A stretch of DNA of 54,364 bases from Paramoeba atlantica (GCA_977017575.1 CDRNVI010000180.1:1-54364), one strand, 5' to 3'. Positions 12,238-24,529 are shown, numbered from the stretch's first letter. Numbers and translations are program-made. Notes: generated from the letters alone by a model not told the origin.

Positions 12238-14095
12238 TTTTCTTTATCAATATTTTTCTAAATCAAAAGAAAACTTTTCTTATTCTCTTTCATTCTCTTT
12301 TTATTGATTCCTTTTTTCTAGATGTCGAGAGTGACAAAGGTATTAACTCTCAGCCGATGGGATCATGTTGCTCTTGTTGTTATTTTAGATGATGAATTTT
12401 ATCTTTTAGAGGTTTCTTTCCTTTTTCTCTTTCTATTTAAAAATTAAATAAGAGGTTTTTACTGAAAACAATTTTGTTATTAAATTAATATTTAAAAAAG
12501 GCATTAATGGAAGTGGGAGTGGCATTAACGCCCTCAATTCTACTCCAAATATTTTAAATAAATTAAACCAAATTCATCAATTAATTATTCATTTTAATTA
12601 GTCATTTTAATTATTCATTTAATTATTCATTTTAATAATTATTCATTAAATCATCATCAATTAATTAATTATCAAATAATTATTAAATTAATATTTAAAA
12701 AAGGCGTTAATGGAATTGGGAGTGGCATTAACGCCATTGAGTCGCTTAAAACTGGAAATTGATAGCGGAAGTACAATTGGTTTGAGACGTTTGGAAGCAA
12801 ATCGTTCTTCTCAATTTACTGATCGTCTTCATGCTTTTTGTAGGTTTTGATTTTTTGTTTTTTTGTTTTATTTTTTTATTCTTTTTATTCTTTTTATTCT
12901 TTTTATTCTTTTTATTCTTTTTTTCTCTTTTCTTTTTTTCTTTTTCTTGTTCAATTGAAATGAATATTGAAATCCATAATTTCCCTTCATAAACAATAGA
13001 AAGGTATTAGGATTACCATATGAACATGATATTAAAGCATTTGTTCGGGCTGGTCTTGGGACTGCCACTCCTTCTTCTGAACATACTGAGAGTCTATTTT
13101 GTTCTCAACTTATCGCTGGTTTTTTTATTTGATTTATTTGATTTTCCAATATTTTTCTTTTCTTTTTTCCTTTCTTTTCTTTTTTTCAATCAAATGTTTT
13201 TCCCCTTTCCACATTTTTCTTTCCTCTCATTCAATAAATTCGCACCACAGCTGCGTTAATAGAGCTTGGATTCCTCTCAGACAAAAAAACAGCAGGATCC
13301 TATCTCCCAAGCGATTTCGCACGCCCGCTCCCCCTCCTCTCTGGATCTCTTTCCAAAATAACCTTGATTGGAAAACCACCTCCTTATGTTGTTGCTTCTT
13401 CAATTGGGAATCTTCCAGTTCGATCAAAGTCAATTTTTGCTATAGATAAGATGGATGGAGGAGGGGAAGAAGAAGAAGAAGGGCTTCGATCAATGTTCTT
13501 TTCTAATTCTGATTCGGATACACAAGAATTATTCACTCATTCTGATTTTGCGATGACGAGAACGGTGCGGAATGCTAGTTTGGAGGATTGGACCTTTGAT
13601 TCTACACAAGACGACAGTTACACAAATCCATTCCCTTCCACTCTCAAAAGCTCACACCCTTCATCATCATTGGTACCAAAAGAGAAAGAAGAAGAGGACC
13701 CTTCTACTATTTCGTCTTGCTCTTCAAAAGGGGATGAGAGTACAGAAAACACAATTACAGCACAAAGAACAAAATTATCATTCGCTCGTTCCTCCCGTCA
13801 TTCTATCCCGCGCAGATTAGCTCATCAGAAATCAAGATTCATGGACAATGAAAAGAGAAATTCACCTTCTTTTTCATCAATTTCAAATACCAGCTATGTT
13901 AATCCTTTTGATGGGAATCGAAGATCAAGCCGATTTTTGGTTGATTATTCTGTTGATGATTCAGAAGATTACATGCACAGGATTTCATCTGTGGCTTCTT
14001 CTTCTCTTTCATCTTCGGGAGGATTGTTGATGCATTCTCGGAGTGAACGATTGTCCTCTGGAAATTTGGATGAATATGTCAACCCGTTTGGCTGA
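7377..14095 (+). CDS. Multi-exon protein: long low-complexity N-terminus with YxNPF motifs, C2 domain, permuted papain-like NlpC/P60 (YaeF/YiiX-type) domain, NPF-bearing tail
   Basis: Exons 7377-9735, 9868-9992, about 10567-10718, 11201-11329, about 12322-12411, 12704-12843, about 13001-13108 and about 13250-14095 splice in frame at GT-AG. The C2-like part reads VDFCLISAR..WEWNTPFTF..DFFSVDLLGRRVI..EICLKMQY. The permuted NlpC/P60 part reads GDVLLF..SRWDHVALVV..YLLEA..GLPYE..LFCSQLIAAAL. Confidence 0.8.
9868..10397 (+). repeat. Exon 3' half plus donor site duplicated twice in the downstream intron
   Basis: TTTTTGGGAGTGGAATAC..CAGATTTT(T)GGT occurs at about 9929-9994 (true exon), 10141-10207 and about 10331-10397. 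Confidence 0.9.
11201..12125 (+). repeat. Exon 3' portion plus donor site duplicated four times in the downstream intron
   Basis: TGTTTGGCAATTGCCTCAGAGGTTACAAAGTGGTGATGTTCTTTTGTTTGATACAAAGAGAATGGT occurs in exon 11201-11329 and in copies at about 11421-11521, 11601-11702, 11761-11861 and 12022-12125, separated by (TTTTA)n-type tracts. Confidence 0.9.
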
Positions 14096-14263
14096 TAACA
14101 CTTGTTGTGTGGTTTTTTATTTTCTTTTTATTTTGGAAATATTTAATAATTTTTCATGGATGAAATTCAGTGTTTTTTGAGAGAGAGAGAGAGAGAAAGG
14201 AGAGAGGGAGATGCAGATATCAGAAAACATTTAAAAGAGGTTTCTCATTTAACTTTGCTCTCT

Positions 14264-15725
14264 TTAAGGATTCTCTCCCTCCTTTTTGTCAAAGAGGGCT
14301 GCTGCTTCATTGAAACCATTCTTCTTTGCAACTTCTTGAGGTGTTAACCCTTCCTTATTGGCAATTGTTGAATCACAACCAGCAGCAAGAAGTAATTTCA
14401 AAACTTCAGACTTTCCATTTCCTGCTGCTAACCAAACCGCGGTTGCCCCACCACTATCTTGATGGTTCAGTTCTGCCTGTTAAACCACACCAATTTAATC
14501 AGTATGTGTTTTTAATATTTCATTCATTTTTTTTCATTTTTTTTTTTTGGGGGGGGGGAGGGGGGAGTGGGGCTCTGGGATTAACAAAATCTTTTTTCCT
14601 TTTGTTTTTTAGAGTCTTTTTTTTTTTGGAGAGATTGGTTTTAAAATAATGCCAAAAGAAAAACTAAAAAACCTTGTCAGGAATGGCAGCGAGAAATTTT
14701 TCAACTGCATCTGTGTGTCCACAAAATGCTGCAACTTCAAGAGGTCGTGCGCCATTGCTGTCTTCATCAAATACATTTCCCCCACGTTCCAATAATAACT
14801 TGGTGAAAAAAAAAGAAAAAAAAAGAAAAAAGTTTCAATTTTCAAAAAGGTTTGAAATTTTCTTTTTCACAACAACAACAACAACAACAAAAAAGAAATA
14901 AAAAAAATAAAGTCTTACTTGGATAATTTCAGCATTTCCATTTCCTGCTGCAGCGCTGATTGGGCTGATTCCTTTTTGGTTCTGGAGATTGATGGATTTT
15001 GTTCCTGCTTCAAGGACAAGTTTCACCAATTCCACATTTCCTCCATTTACTGCGGTCTGTTTTTGGTGTGGGGGGTAATTTGAGAACATGAAAAAGAGAG
15101 AAAATTATTTTTTTTGCAGAAATGAAAAGATGTGAAATTTACTTTTGAAAAAAAAAAGAAAAGAAAATCAAATAAAAATAAAAATCAAAAAATCAAAAGA
15201 GAGAGAGAAAGAGAAAAGAAAGAGAAAGAACCAAAAGAGGGGTGTCACCAGTTTTATTTGCAAGATCAATCTCAGCTCCAGACTTTATTAATATTTCAAC
15301 TGCTTCTTTTTCACTTTTCGAACTTGCTGCCAGAAGCGGTGTATCCTATTTTTCAAAAGATCAAAAAATTCTTTTTTTCTCTCTTCTTTCTCTCTTTCTC
15401 CCTTCTTTCTCCCTCCCTTCTTTCTCTCTCTCTTTTCATTCTCTCTTCCTCTCTTTCTCCCTTCTTTCTCCCTCCTTTCTCTCATTCTCTTTCTCTCTTC
15501 CTCTCTTTCTCCCTTCTTTCTCCCTCTCTCCCCTTCTCTCTCTCTCTCTCTCTTCTCCAAATCAAACAAACATACATCTGTAGAATTAGAAGCATTAACA
15601 TCAGCACCTTTCTGAATAAGAAGAAGCAAGACATCACATCTCCCGTAACCACTCGCCAACCAAAGAGGTGTTGTTCCAATTCCATTTTTCAATTCAATTG
15701 GAGCTCCCTTTTTTTTTTTTTTTGG

Positions 15726-15762
<37 letters not shown>

Positions 15763-16156
15763 GTGTGAAAGATTACAGATGTTAATTTTATTTGATTTTT
15801 TTTTTGTTTCTTTTTTTTCTTTTGATTTTTCACTCTTTTTCATTCTTTTTCATTCTTTTTCATTCTTTTTAAAAAGGAAAAGGAACCTTCTCCAGAAGTT
15901 TTTCACAAAGAGAAACATTCCCTGCCCAAGCTGCGACTCCCAGAACATGATTCCCCTTTTTCATTGAAAGATGTTTAAAACATTGAAAAGAAAAAAGAGA
16001 AAAGAGAAAAGAGAAAAGAGAAAAAGAGAGAACTTGGGAGTCTTGTGCTCCAATATCATCTGGATTGGATTGAAGATGTTCCAAGATCTCTTGTTCATTT
16101 CCTGCCATGGCCCATTCCACCAACTTCTGCCCAATTTGTGATTGTTCGTTTCCCAT
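14264..16156 (-). CDS. Ankyrin-repeat protein with N-terminal MGxxxS myristoylation-like motif, about 7 exons
   Basis: Spliced reading: MGNEQS..GNHVLGVAAWAGN..GTTPLWLASGYGR..DTPLLAAS..GDTPLLTAVNGGN..GISPISAAAGNGN..GARPLEVAAFCGH..GATAVWLAAGNGK..GLTPQEVA, with a TAA stop at 14266-14264. Confidence 0.85.
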
Positions 16157-16293
16157 CTTTCACAAGAAGAAATTGTAAGAAGAAGAGAAGAGAAGAAGAA
16201 TAAAAGAGAGAAGGCAACGTCGCCTTTCTTGGTGAAAAAAAAACAAAAAGAAAAAAGAAGCTCAGAAAATGACCGCCAGATGCAATTAATTTT

Positions 16294-16330
16294 CTGAGTT
16301 ACTGAGTTACTGAGTTACTGAGTTACTGAA
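16294..16330. promoter_or_regulatory. (CTGAGTTA)x4 tandem motif in a 340-bp divergent promoter region
   Basis: Four exact 8-mers lie between the head-to-head ATGs at 16156 (-) and 16499 (+). A regulatory role is inferred from position only. Confidence 0.35.
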
Positions 16331-16498
16331 TTTTCTTCGATAAAATCAAAATCGGCTTTTGATGCAATTTTTTTTGCTCTCTTGAGCAGAATTTGGTTTT
16401 TTTTCCTTTTTTGATTTTTCTTTTTCTTTTTTTGTGACAAGAAGAAGACTCGGTTTTGTTTTTTGTGTTTGTCATAATTATTTTTGGGGGTTGGGGGA

Positions 16499-16803
16499 AT
16501 GGCGGACTTGGATTTGGAAGAGAGGCGCAGACGAAGAGCTGAGCGTCGAAAACAATTGGAGGTTTCTTTTTTCAATCTCTTTTTTTTTTTCAATCTTTTT
16601 ATTTTTTCAATTTTCTTTTTTTTTTTCTGATTTTTTTTTGGATTTTTTTTTTGTGAAGGAGGAATCTCTTGAGTTGGAAAAGAGAAGAGAGAAGAGAAGG
16701 GGAACAAGAGAAACAGAATCTCCTATTCAAAAGTAATTTTTTTTTTCTTTTTCTCTTTTCTCTTTCTCTTTTCTCTTTTCTCTTTCTCTTTTCTCTTTTC
16801 TCT

Positions 16804-16834
<31 letters not shown>

Positions 16835-17697
16835 CTTTTGAAAAGAAAAAATGGAAAGAAACAATTCTTTTTCAAAATATCACAAATTTTTTAAAACTCT
16901 CTTTCTCTTTCTGTTTCTTTTTCCTCTTTCTTTCTCTTTCTCTTATTCCTTTTCCTTTTCCTTTCTCTTTCTTTTTCCTTTTCACTTTCTCTCTCTCTCT
17001 CTTTCAAAAACAAAAACAAAAAATTTCTTCTCAACTAACAAACAATTACAAAAGAGAGACGAAAGAGAGAAGAAGACACGCAAGATCAAAGAGCAGAGAC
17101 GAAACAGTTTCGAATTTGTCTTCTTTTTGTTCTGTTCCTGATAGTCTTTCTTTGGAGGATGATTCTTCTTCTTATTATTCTTCTTCTTCTTCTTCTTCTT
17201 CTTTGGTTTTTGGGAAGGATTCTCCGCTTGCCATGTTTTTTTTTTTCTTTTTTCTTTTTTTATTCTTTTTTATTCTTTCTTTTTCTTTCTTTTATGTTTT
17301 TGGAATTTGTGATTTTTTTTTACAACAAATGATATTCAGGATAACAAAATATTTTAAACAAACAAGAAATATCTTCTTCTTTTAATAACAAAATGATCAA
17401 AAACAAAAACAACAATTAAATTAAAAAGAAAACAATCCTTTTCTTTTTTCTTTTTTTCTTTTTTCTTTTTTCTTTTTTTTCTTTTTTTCTTTTTTTCTTT
17501 TTTTCTTTTTTCTTTTTTTCATTTTTCCTTTTTTTCTTTTCAGGAAAGAGAGGAGATCGAGTACAACTGGAACACAAATAAAATCTTTTGAATCAAATCC
17601 AACAATTGATGTTGAGGCTCAAATTCTTGAACGTCGTCTGAAGAGAGAAGAGAGAAGGTAAAGAGGGAAAGAGAGGGAGGTGGAGAGGGAGATTAGA

Positions 17698-17728
<31 letters not shown>

Positions 17729-19814
17729 GAAGAGAGAAAGAAGAGAGAGAGAAAAGAGAGGAGAGAAGAGAGAGAGAAGAGAGAGAGAAAAGAGAGAGAG
17801 AAAAGAGAGAGAGAAAAAGAAAGAGAAAACTAATTTTTTAAAATAATAGAAAAAAAATGGAAATGGAACAAAAACAATGGGAAGAAGAGAGAAAAGAGAG
17901 AGAGAATAGGAGAGCTCAGGCTCGTTCTACTACTCCAACACCTTCTTCTAATTTGTTTGTTTTTCTTTTTTTTTTCTTTTTTGAAGGAGAGAGGAGAGAG
18001 AGAGAGAAAGAGGGAAGAGAGAGGAGAGAGAGGAGAGAGAGGAGAGGAAAAGAGAGAGAGAACAGAAAAGAGTTCTTCAATATTATTTTTTATATTTCAT
18101 TTTATCTTTTATCTTTTATCTTTTATCTTTTATTATTATCATTTGATTATTATTATTTTTATTTTTATTTTTATTTATCTAATAAAAAAAAGGCCGAAAG
18201 AAGAAAGTGCTCCTTCTTCTGGTTCTTTTCCTACTCCTGGCAGGTTTCTCTTCTTTCTTTCTCTCTTCTCTCTTTCTTTCTCTCTTCTCTCTCTTTTTCT
18301 TTTTCTTTTTCTTTTTCTGACTTTCTCTTTTCTCTCCTCCTCTCCTCTTTCTCTCCCTTTCTCTCCCCTTTCTCTCCCCTTTCTTTCTCTTTTCTTTCTC
18401 TTTTCTTTCTCTCTCTCTTTCAGTAAAGCGATCCCACCAGTAAGATTAGGCGAACTAAAAGAAAGACAAGTTTCTCTTTCGAATGAAAGAATCGATACCA
18501 AATCTATAAAAGAGAAGAGAAAAGAGAAAGAGAAAGAGAAAGAGAAAGAGAAAGAGAAAGAGAAAGAGAAGGGGAAGGATGCAAAGTCTAAATTGATGGG
18601 ACTTTTTAAGGGACCGACCAGGTTTTTTTTTTCTTTTTTCTTTCTTTTTTTCTTTTTTCTTTTTTCTTTTTTTCTTTTTTCTTTTTTCTTCTTTCTTTTT
18701 TTTTTTTTAAATTTTTTTTTCTTTCTTTTCTTTTTTCTTTTTTTCTTTCTTTTTCTTCCTCTCCTTAATAAAAAAAAACAGAACAACAAAAAGAAGTGAA
18801 GCTGCTCCAGAACAGTACAAGTTATCATTTCTTTCTTCTCTTTCCTCTTTCCTCTTTCCTCTTTCCTCTCTCCTCTTTCTCTTTTTTTCTTCTCTTTTCT
18901 TCTCTTCTTCTCTTTTCTTCTCTTCTTCTCTTCTCTTCTTCTCTTCTCTTCTCTTCTCTCCTCTTCTCTTCTTCTCTTTCTCTTCTCTTCTCTTTTTCTC
19001 TTCTCTTCTCTTCTCTTTCTCTTCTCTTTCTCTTCTCTTTCTCTTCTCTTCTCTTCTCTTCTCTTCTCTTTCTCTTTCTCTTTCTCAAACAAAAGATAAA
19101 AATAGCCGAAGAACAAGTATGGATATTTCTCTCCTTCGAGGATATGGGAGAAAGATTCCTGATGATGGTACCAGGTTTTTTTTTTTCCTCTTTTTTTATT
19201 TTTTATTTTTTGTTTTTTTGTTTTTTGTTTTTTTGTTTTTTTGTTTTTTTGTTTTTTTGTTTTTTGTTTTTTGTTTTTTGTTTTTTGTTTTTTGTTTTTT
19301 GTTTTTTGTTTTTTGTTTTTTGTTTTTTATTTTTTATTTTTTATTTTTTATTTTTTATTTTTTATTTTTTATTTTTTATTTTTATTTTTATGTTTATTTA
19401 TTTATTTATTTTTTTTTTATGTTTCTTTTTCTTTTTTCTTTTTCTTTTTTTTTAGTTTTCTTTTTTGTAATTTCAATTTTGGTGATATTTTACAAAAGAT
19501 TGATTCTTCCTCTCTCCTCTCTCCTCTCACTCCCTCTCTCTTCTTTCTCTCTTCTTTCTCTCTTTTTCTCATTCTCTCTTTCTCCTTTCTCTCTTCTCTC
19601 TTCTCTCCCCCCTCTCTCCTTCTCCTCTCTCTCTCTCTCTTTTTAAAAAAAAATAAAAAAGAGTGATGAAAGAAGTTGCAAAACCAGAGGCCGTTCGTCT
19701 TCATGTTAATATTCTTTTCTCTGACGGGAAAAATCCTTCTCTTAAAATATTAAAGGTTTATTATTATTTTTTTATTTATTTATTTATTTATTTATATTTT
19801 TATTTTTATTTTTA

Positions 19815-19845
<31 letters not shown>

Positions 19846-20371
19846 TTATTTTTCTTTTCATTCATGTTAATATTCTTTTCTCTGACGGGAAAAATCCTTC
19901 TCTTAAAATATTAAAGGTTTTTTATTCTTTTTTATTTATTTATATTTTTTTATTTTTTCTTTTTTTTATTAATTCTTATTTTTTTATATTTTTTATTTTA
20001 TTTTATTTTATTTTCTATTCTTTTCTTTTTCTTTTTCTTTTCATTCATGTTAATATTCTTTTCTCTGACGTGAAAAATCCTTCTCTTATTTATTTATTTT
20101 ATTTTTCTTTTTCTTTTTTCTTTTTTCTTTTTTCTTTTTTCTTTTTTCTTTTTTCTTTTTCTTTTTCTTCTTTTCTTTCTTTTCTTTTCTTTCTTTTCTT
20201 TTCATTCATATTTCTTACAATAGACACATTTTCTTCGTGAAGGTCGATTGGAATTACCAGCCATTAAAAAAATTCTTCAAGTTTTTTTTATTTTTTTTCT
20301 TTTTCTTTTTCTTTTTCTTTTCTTTTTTCTTTTTTTCTTTTCTTTTCTTTTTTCTTTTCTTTTCTTTTTTC

Positions 20372-20404
<33 letters not shown>

Positions 20405-20681
20405 CTCTTCTTTTCTCTTCTTTTTTTAAAGTCTCTTTTTTTTCTTTTCTTTATTTGTTCCTCTTTTTCATTTTTCATTTCCTTTTTCTCACAAAAAATC
20501 AAAAAAGAGAGGAAAACAAATATTGATGAAAGAGCCAAACGTTATTAAAATTGGTTTTTTCTTTCTCTCTTCTCTCTTTTCTCTCTCTCTCTCTTCTCTT
20601 TCTCTCTTTCTTTCTCATTACTTCCATCTCTTCTCTCTCTCTCTCTCTCTCTCTCTCCTTCTTTCTCATCACTTCCATCTC

Positions 20682-20715
<34 letters not shown>

Positions 20716-23700
20716 GAAATAAAATAGATGGAATCGAAAATGAAGTTCCACTTTGTGCCTATGGCGGTATATTTTTTTCTGTTTTCTTTTCTCTTTTCTT
20801 TTCCCTTTTCCTCTTTCTTTCTCTTCTCTTCTCTTTTTCTCTCTTCTCTTTTCCCTTTTCCTCTTTCTCTTTTCTTTCTCTTTTATTTTAATAGAAATTA
20901 AATAAAAAAAAATTAAATAAAAAAATAAGAATTAAATAAATAATATTATTTTCCATTATCAGATATTCACGGACAATTTTTTGATTTAATTGAAGTATTT
21001 CGGCGTTCTGGAGGTTTTCTTTTCTTTTCTTTTTTTGATTTTTCTTTAGAATATTTTCTTTTTATTTTTTTTATTAATTATTTTTGTTTTATTCTTAATT
21101 GGAAAATATAAATTTTGTTTTGAAAGAAAAATATTTTTTTTTGATTTTTAAAATAAGAATATTTTATTAAATAGAATCAATTTTCTTTATTTTAAATTAA
21201 ATAAAATTAAATAATCATAAATTAAAAAAAAATCAATTAATTAATTAATAACAATAAAATTATTAATTATTTAATAACAATAAAATTATTAATTATTTAA
21301 TAACAATAAAATTATTAATTATTTAATAACAATAAAATTATTAATGATTTCTCTTTTCTTTTTTTAGGAGAACCACCAAATGGAAGGGCTCTTTTTTTAG
21401 GTGATTATGCTGATAGAGGTTCTCTCTCCTCTCTCTTTCTCTCTCTTTCTTCTCTCTTCTCTCTTTCTCTCTTTCTTCTCTCTCTCTCTTTCTCTCTCTC
21501 TTTCTTTCTTTCTTTTCTCTTTTTTTCTCTTCTCTTTTTTAAGTTCCTCTTTTTTGTTAAAACTTCTTTTCTCATTTCTTTCTCTCTCTTTCTTTCTCTC
21601 TCTTTCTTTCTCTCTCTCTCTCTCTCTCTTCAAAAAGGGATGTTTGGGACAGAATGTATTTTATATTTATTGGCATTAAAAATTAATTATCCAAACCGAA
21701 TTTGGCTCCTCAGAGGTTTAATCTCTCTTTTTTCTCTCTTTTTTCTCTCTCTCTTTTCTGCCTCTTCTTTTCTTCTTTTTCTTTTCTTTTCTTTTTTCTT
21801 TTCATCTTTTTTCTTTTCCTTTTCCTTTTCTTTTTCTTTTTTTCTTTTCTTTACTGAATAAATTTCATTTTAGGGAATCATGAAAGTAGAACAATTACAA
21901 CAAACTTTAATTTTAAAACAGAATGTATTGTCAAATATAATGAAGAAATATATAACATGGTCTCTCTTTCTCTCTTTCTCTTTCTCTCTTTCTCTTTCTC
22001 TCTTTCTCTCTCCTCTCTCTCTTCTCTTAATTGAAACACTTTCTCCATGTTCTCTTCTCTTCTTTTCTCTTCTCTCTTCTCTTCCTCTCTCTCCCTCTCT
22101 CTCCCTCTCTCTCCCTCTCTCTCTCTCCTCTCTTCTTCAAAAAGATGTGTGAATTATTTACAACAATACCTCTTTGTGCATTGGTGACAACACAAAATTA
22201 TGGAAAATTTTTGTGTGTTCATGGTGGTATTGGTCCCAATATTTCTACAATTCAAGATATTCTGGTTTTTGTTTTTGTTTTTGTTTTTTTGTTTTTTTTC
22301 TTTTTTTTGTTTTTTTTTCTTTTTTCTTTTTTCTTTTTTCTTTTTTTTTTCTTTTCTTTTTTCTTTTTTCTTTTTTCATTTTTCATTTTTCTTTTTTGTC
22401 TATTTTTTTTTTGTTTTTCTTTTCTCTGTCTTTTCTTATTTTTTTCTTTTATTCCTCTCTCTCAATTCCCCTTCCCCTTCCAAAAAACAAGGACATAAAC
22501 CGATTCGAAAGCTCAGAAATGGAAGGAAAAATGGCAGAAATATTATGGTCAGATCCAATAACACCAGAAGAACACCCAAAACTTTCTCGTTCTGATATCG
22601 AAAATTTTGAGTTTCGAGATAATCATGTCAGGGGATGTGGGTTTTTTTTTGGGCGTGTTTCTGCTATTGAGTTTGTTGAGAGGAATGATTTGAGGTTTTT
22701 TTTTTATTTTTATTTTTATTATTATTATTTTTTATTATTTTTTTATTTTTATTTTTATTGTGGTTATTCTTTTATTTTTAAAAAAGACTTTTTTTTAACA
22801 AAAAATGTTTTCTTTTTTTTTTTAGTTCAGTTGTAAGAGCACATGAAGTTCAACAATATGGATACACAGAACATCGATTTGGTGACTTTACCAGGTTCTC
22901 TATTCTCTTTCCTCTCTCCCTTTCCCCCATTCTATCTTTCTCTCTCTTTCTGAACAAAAAAAATAGAGATTTTCCTCCAACAATTAGTATATTTTCAGCT
23001 CCAAATTATTGTGGTATTTATGAAAATTATGCTGGCTGGATGTGTATCTTTTTTCTTTTCTTTTTCTTTTTCTTTTTTTCTTTCTTTTAACGAATTGTTC
23101 TGTAGCATTTAAAAGTAGAAAATATGAATTTGATCAATGTGGGTGGTCTGAACAACCATACGTATTGCCTGAATTTGCTGATGGAATTTCTTTCTCTCTT
23201 CCTTTTGTTGGTTTGTCAATCTCTCTCTTTCACATTTGTTTTTCTTTTTTTTTTTGAATTTTTTTTTTGATCCAAATAGTGGAACAATTAATGTTTTGTG
23301 TGTTGGAAATAACAAAAAATCTTCTTTCTCACACTGGTGAAGAGGGTTCTTTTTTTTTTTTTTGAAAGTTGTGTTTTCTTTTTTTGTTTTAAAAACTAGT
23401 TTTTGATAGTTGGGGATGAAGAATTTGATGTGCAATTTGCCAAAAGATATTCTGCTGCCATTACACAAATCCAAGAATTGGAAAAATCCCGAACCGAAAG
23501 GTCACCTTTCTCATTGAAACCAGCCTTCTTTTTGTTTTGTCTCATTTCTTTCTAATCAAAAAGAAATATAGGTTACAAACACTCATCCCACAAATCCCAA
23601 AAAGATTTGTGGAGAGCAATCAAGTTGATGATCAAACTGGAAGAGAATTATCCAAGTTTGAAATTGCCAGAAGATTTGACAGTGCAAATGAGAATGTCAA

Positions 23701-23847
23701 GTTTGTTTTTTTTTAATTTAATTTTTTAATTCCAAAAAGAATTTCAAACATCCATTGTTCTTTTAACTTTTCTTTTTTTTTTTCAATACAACTTAATTTA
23801 GATCAGGACCAAAATTATTTCGACGAACCAAATCAAGTTTATTTTAA
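16499..23847 (+). CDS. Calcineurin A (PP2B)-like Ser/Thr phosphatase with a long charged N-terminal extension, more than 20 exons
   Basis: GT-AG exons give THFLREGRL, GDIHGQFFDL, LFLGDYADRG, LLRGNHESR, LCVHGG, ILWSDP, NHVRGCGF, VRAHE and IFSAPNY. They also give the CnB-binding-helix-like YVLPEFADGISFSLPFV and the autoinhibitory-like SKFEIARRFDSANE. The N-terminal exon structure is less certain. Confidence 0.85.
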
Positions 23848-24529
23848 AAGAAACCTTGCAATAAAAAAACTCAATGAAAAACTCCATGATCCAACTCTTG
23901 CCTCTTGAAAAATCTCAAAAAAAAGATAAAAATTCCTTTTCGATTGTGTGGGAATTTCTCTTGAAGAGAAAAAGGTTTCCTTCGAAATGTTAAAACAAAA
24001 TCCGAGCAACCAAAAATCTGTAATAATGAAAGAGACTGAGAAAAAAAGAAAACCTGGTGAGGTCAAATTCGAAATCCTTGGTTTTGGTATTCTCGCCCTG
24101 GAACTGATTTTCGGTGTGGGCACAACAGGGGGGGCTGCCGCGCCTTTCCGGTCAACCTGTGAACAAAATTTGACCGAAATCAACACGGGAGGAATTCTTT
24201 CAAAAGCCGAGGATGTCGCCCAACATCAACCCCAACATAACAAGAACGAGAACGAAAGTCATGGACGGGGGTGACCACGGCTCGCGGAAGCAGAAGGAAG
24301 AACCAAAAACCAAATCTTCAACCGGAACAGACGCGCGTTGTCGCGGGGGGAAAAAGAAATGGGGGAGAAAAAAGCGAGAATTCGGATGACGCAGTCGCTA
24401 ATTAAGCGCCCTAAATAATTTTCTTTGATCGTTCGTAGAAAGTGACCATCTTTAGGTCACACAAAAAACCGGGTCCAGTCGTTTTCTTTTTTTTTTTGTC
24501 CCTTCGAAGAAAAGGAAAGTGAAAAGAAA

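Noticed and set aside
23839-24274. ORFs 23839-24186 (-) and 23948-24274 (+), or an ncRNA in this GC-rich patch
   Set aside because: No recognisable domain or RNA structure; better explained as intergenic or promoter DNA.
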